DNA from: Rebecca billardiae RCC1528
Lineage: Eukaryota > Protista > Haptophyta
DNA length: 64,000 bases
NCBI GenBank assembly: GCA_965240325.2
Contig: OZ251225.1
Coordinates: 1-64,000, forward strand
Direction: 5' to 3'
A model generated the notes under the pieces. The model saw only the letters and a program-made list of their open reading frames with translations, was not told the origin of the DNA and did no database searches. The stretch's first letter is position 1, and every line of letters begins with the position of its first letter. Shown here piece by piece: positions 59,908-64,000 of the stretch. The position numbers and the translations under genes are program-made.

Positions 59908-60932
59908 TGATGGTGACTGCTGCGATCATCATCACGCGGGACGAATGGACCGCTACTACGTACTGCGGGCGATGCCATGTGGGACCGCGTGGCCTTTCAT
60001 CACGCAGGCGGCCGCCATCGGCCAGGCCTCATCCACTGGAGTGAGTCATCCGGACTCCAGGGGCCTCATCAGACATCATGCCGCCGCCCGCGCCATAACT
60101 CGCTGCTCGCCGCTAGGTCGGCGGGCGGCGACATTGACTACGACCTCACCCTCATCCAAGTGCTCCGGTGAGGCGCTCGGCCGCGGCGGCATCTGCCGTC
60201 GCCGCCGCGTGCCCCAGGCCGAGGCGGTGCCCCGCATCCCGGCCCTGCTCCCTCAGGGCGGGGCTGCGGGTGGCGCACTGCCTGACCTGGTTGGAAGGCG
60301 CGGCCGCGGACGCATATATTCTATGTGTCTGCTGCACTCTGAGCCTGACGCTTGCCCGTTGCATGGCCCGTGACGTCGGTTAAATTTATTATATATATTA
60401 TTATTATTATCTTGCGCACGCGCAGCCAACATGCTCACTCGCCTTTGATTTCGTACCCATATGCACTTCCTGATGGGCCTGACGACGTCCGGACGACGAC
60501 AACAACGACATCCGCCATGGGGACCAACATCAACGCGCTCACACCACTGCCACTGCTGCAAGGCTTCGACCAGTACCACGTCCACTACAGACGAATCAGG
60601 AGAGCTGCGCCCTCGTGCCTGTGTCTTTAAATCATATAGAATTAGTCTCGTATCATAGCAGTATATTATTATTAATATTATGACCGCGTTCCGCGGTCCT
60701 TTTCTGCATAGAATCAACGCAGTTGGGGGCCCGCGGTGGCAGTGCAATCGCGGCTCTCCGCCGTAGTGGCAGTTCGCCAGTTGAAGTCGGTTCTGAGATG
60801 ACTGAAGCTATATTAGTCCGACCGTCGCCCTGCCTGCGCGACCGCGAGACTCATTCACACTTCACACAATCACAGCAGCGGACCTGAGACCGCACCCGGC
60901 ACCGGTCGTCAAATCGGACGTCCGTCTGACAA

Positions 60933-61079
60933 CTAGCTGCCAAATGTCCAACTGGCTGATCAGCTCGGATCCGACCCGTCCGCGATCGTGCCATCGGCAT
61001 CGGAATTACTACTAGTAGCTGCCAAACTGTGTCCAACTCTGGCTGATCAGCTCGGATCCGACCCGTCCGCGATCGTGCC
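60933..61079. repeat. Short direct duplication (about 87-bp period)
   Basis: CTGGCTGATCAGCTCGGATCCGACCCGTCCGCGATCGTGCC at 60952 and 61039. Confidence 0.85.
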
Positions 61080-62025
61080 GAGTGAGTCGTGCCGCGGAGC
61101 TCGGAGTACTGAAGGAGTCGGGTGTGACAGCAGGGTGCTTTAGCGCTGCGGCCCGTGCCAGCCAACGACCAGACGTACTCTGGCCACTTGACCCGTTGCA
61201 CGGGTGAGTGACCGTACGCCCTGCCTAGTGCCTACCGCGCGCGCCGCGCGACCGGCGACTCGGGGTGATGGAGAGCGGATGGCGACAGCAGCAGCAGTCC
61301 TCATGAAGACGATGAAACTGGCGGCACGGGTGCACGAGGTGGCAGGCGAAAGCGCGCCGACGAGACCGCATTTGACACACCTGAGCCGCACGCGCGTGCC
61401 GTCGCCGAGCGCCAGCGGCGAGCGCTGCAAACGCGCAACCGTACCGCGCGCGCCACGACGGCGCGGCACTAGCTGATGCAGGCCGTACTGCCGGCACTGC
61501 TTCTGCGATCATGCGCCACGGTCGCAGCTGACTGCGTGAGCAGCAAGCGGGAGGCGGGTCCGGAGGCACGTGCAGGCGCCGTCCCGCATATCCGCCATCG
61601 CCCATCGTGCCGGGGCACGTCACCTCCGACGATCCGGATGTGGCCCAGTCCGGACGTCACGCGATCCGGGAAGACGAGTACGATTCGCTCGTAACGAACC
61701 GTTACACTAATGTCACGTCCAGCTGACGTCCAGATCGCACTTTACTTAAGGGAATCAGCTGGGCGCGGTTTTTTTTGGCCTGATAGACCTCTCAATGCGA
61801 TCTCAAAAACTCGAAACTCGGTCTCCGCCAGCCCTAAAAATCGCCCCCCGTCCCTTTTTTTCCGCCGCCCCCCGTCCCTTTTTTCTTGATCAAAGATCTT
61901 TTTGAAACGTGGTTCGGGCCCGCTGGTGCGGGCTCCACGCTGCGCGCTCCGCCCTGCACCGCGGGCCATAATGTAATATATATATATAATAATAAATAGT
62001 ATAGTAGCAGGCGCTAGCGACATCG

Positions 62026-63247
<1,222 letters not shown>

Positions 63248-63446
63248 GTTTGTGAGCAGGAGAGATCCCGTTGAGGATGAGGGCGCTGCTGAGAGATGAT
63301 GGAGGCGGATGACACGGAGCAGGCCAGAGGTCTGTAGCGCAAGGTGGCACGTCCTCGTTTTTTTTGGGGTTTTTTTTTTTGAGGTTGCGTGCGTGCGCGC
63401 GCGTTGGGTAAGCGAGTTCGGGGGTGGGTGCGTGGGGACCTCCGGA

Positions 63447-63762
63447 CCTACAAAGGTCTGGCCCGCAAGGGCTGTGCCTACAAAGGCTGTGCCTACAAAG
63501 GTCACTGGTGTGCCTACAAAGGTCACGGATGTGCCTACAAAGGCTGTGCCTACAAAGGTCACTGGTGTGCCTACAAAGGTCACTGGTGTGGCCTACAAAG
63601 GTCACGGGTGTGCCTACAAAGGCTGTGCCTACAAAGGTCACTGGTGTGCCTACAAAGGCTGTGCCTACAAAGGTCACTGGTGTGCCTACAAAGGCTGTGC
63701 CTACAAAGGTCACTGGTATGCCTGCAAAGGCTGTGCCCACAAAGGCTGGTGGCCTACAAAGG
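63447..63762. repeat. Minisatellite of mixed 15- and 21-bp units with core GTGCCTACAAAGG
   Basis: CTGTGCCTACAAAGG and TCACTGGTGTGCCTACAAAGG units in an irregular tandem. Confidence 0.92.
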
Positions 63763-64000
63763 CTTGGCCGAAGCGTAGAGACGATGTTGCTGCAACTTGA
63801 GCGAGAGATGTGCGCCGCGTCGCCAGAGCGCGCCTCCCAGCGGAGCCGGCAACGCGTGCGCCGGTGCGAGGGCCGGATCCGGCTGCGAGCGCGACTGCAG
63901 CGCGAGCGCGACGGGCGGCGGCCGCCGCCAAACTGCGCCGCGCGACTGGCGAGCAGTCGATGCAGCGGCGTCCGTGTCTCAGCGACAAGCGCCCACCGCG

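Noticed and set aside
63447-63762. CRISPR-like array
   Set aside because: The intervening sequences are very short and repeated rather than unique, there are no cas genes, and the context is eukaryotic.

Overview
This is the left end of a chromosome from a very GC-rich eukaryote with TTAGGG telomeres and short GC-rich spliceosomal introns. A haptophyte-like alga such as a Pavlovales member is an inference from composition, intron style and gene families. Positions 1-2.1 kb are telomere healed directly onto a truncated Ty1/copia LTR. Positions 2.7-7.8 kb hold three same-orientation copies of an unrecognised telomere-associated element. The copies share one exact proximal end (...CATACTTCTA) and carry an inverted telomere-variant 18-mer array and an 18-bp inverted repeat; two also carry a TGTACA minisatellite, and the longest has a cut RAG1/Transib-like ORF. 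The stack sits on a buried older telomere and a 195-bp satellite. Genes further in: a receptor joining IPT, Bmp/PnrA, one TM helix and a HET/TIR-like domain; a 4.75-kaa FG-GAP/extensin/REJ/GPS polycystin-1-like adhesin; an MFS transporter; a nucleoside-hydrolase/6TM/TIR-like fusion; a DXD glycosyltransferase-like protein; a VHL-beta-like secreted protein; a small membrane protein; and a Nudix hydrolase. An intact young copia element has TG...TA LTRs, no canonical PBS, an apparent -1 frameshift after the protease and an integrase lacking its HHCC ligands. Several TIR elements and a microsatellite-associated direct-repeat element sit in AT-rich islands. All calls were made by eye; no searches were run.
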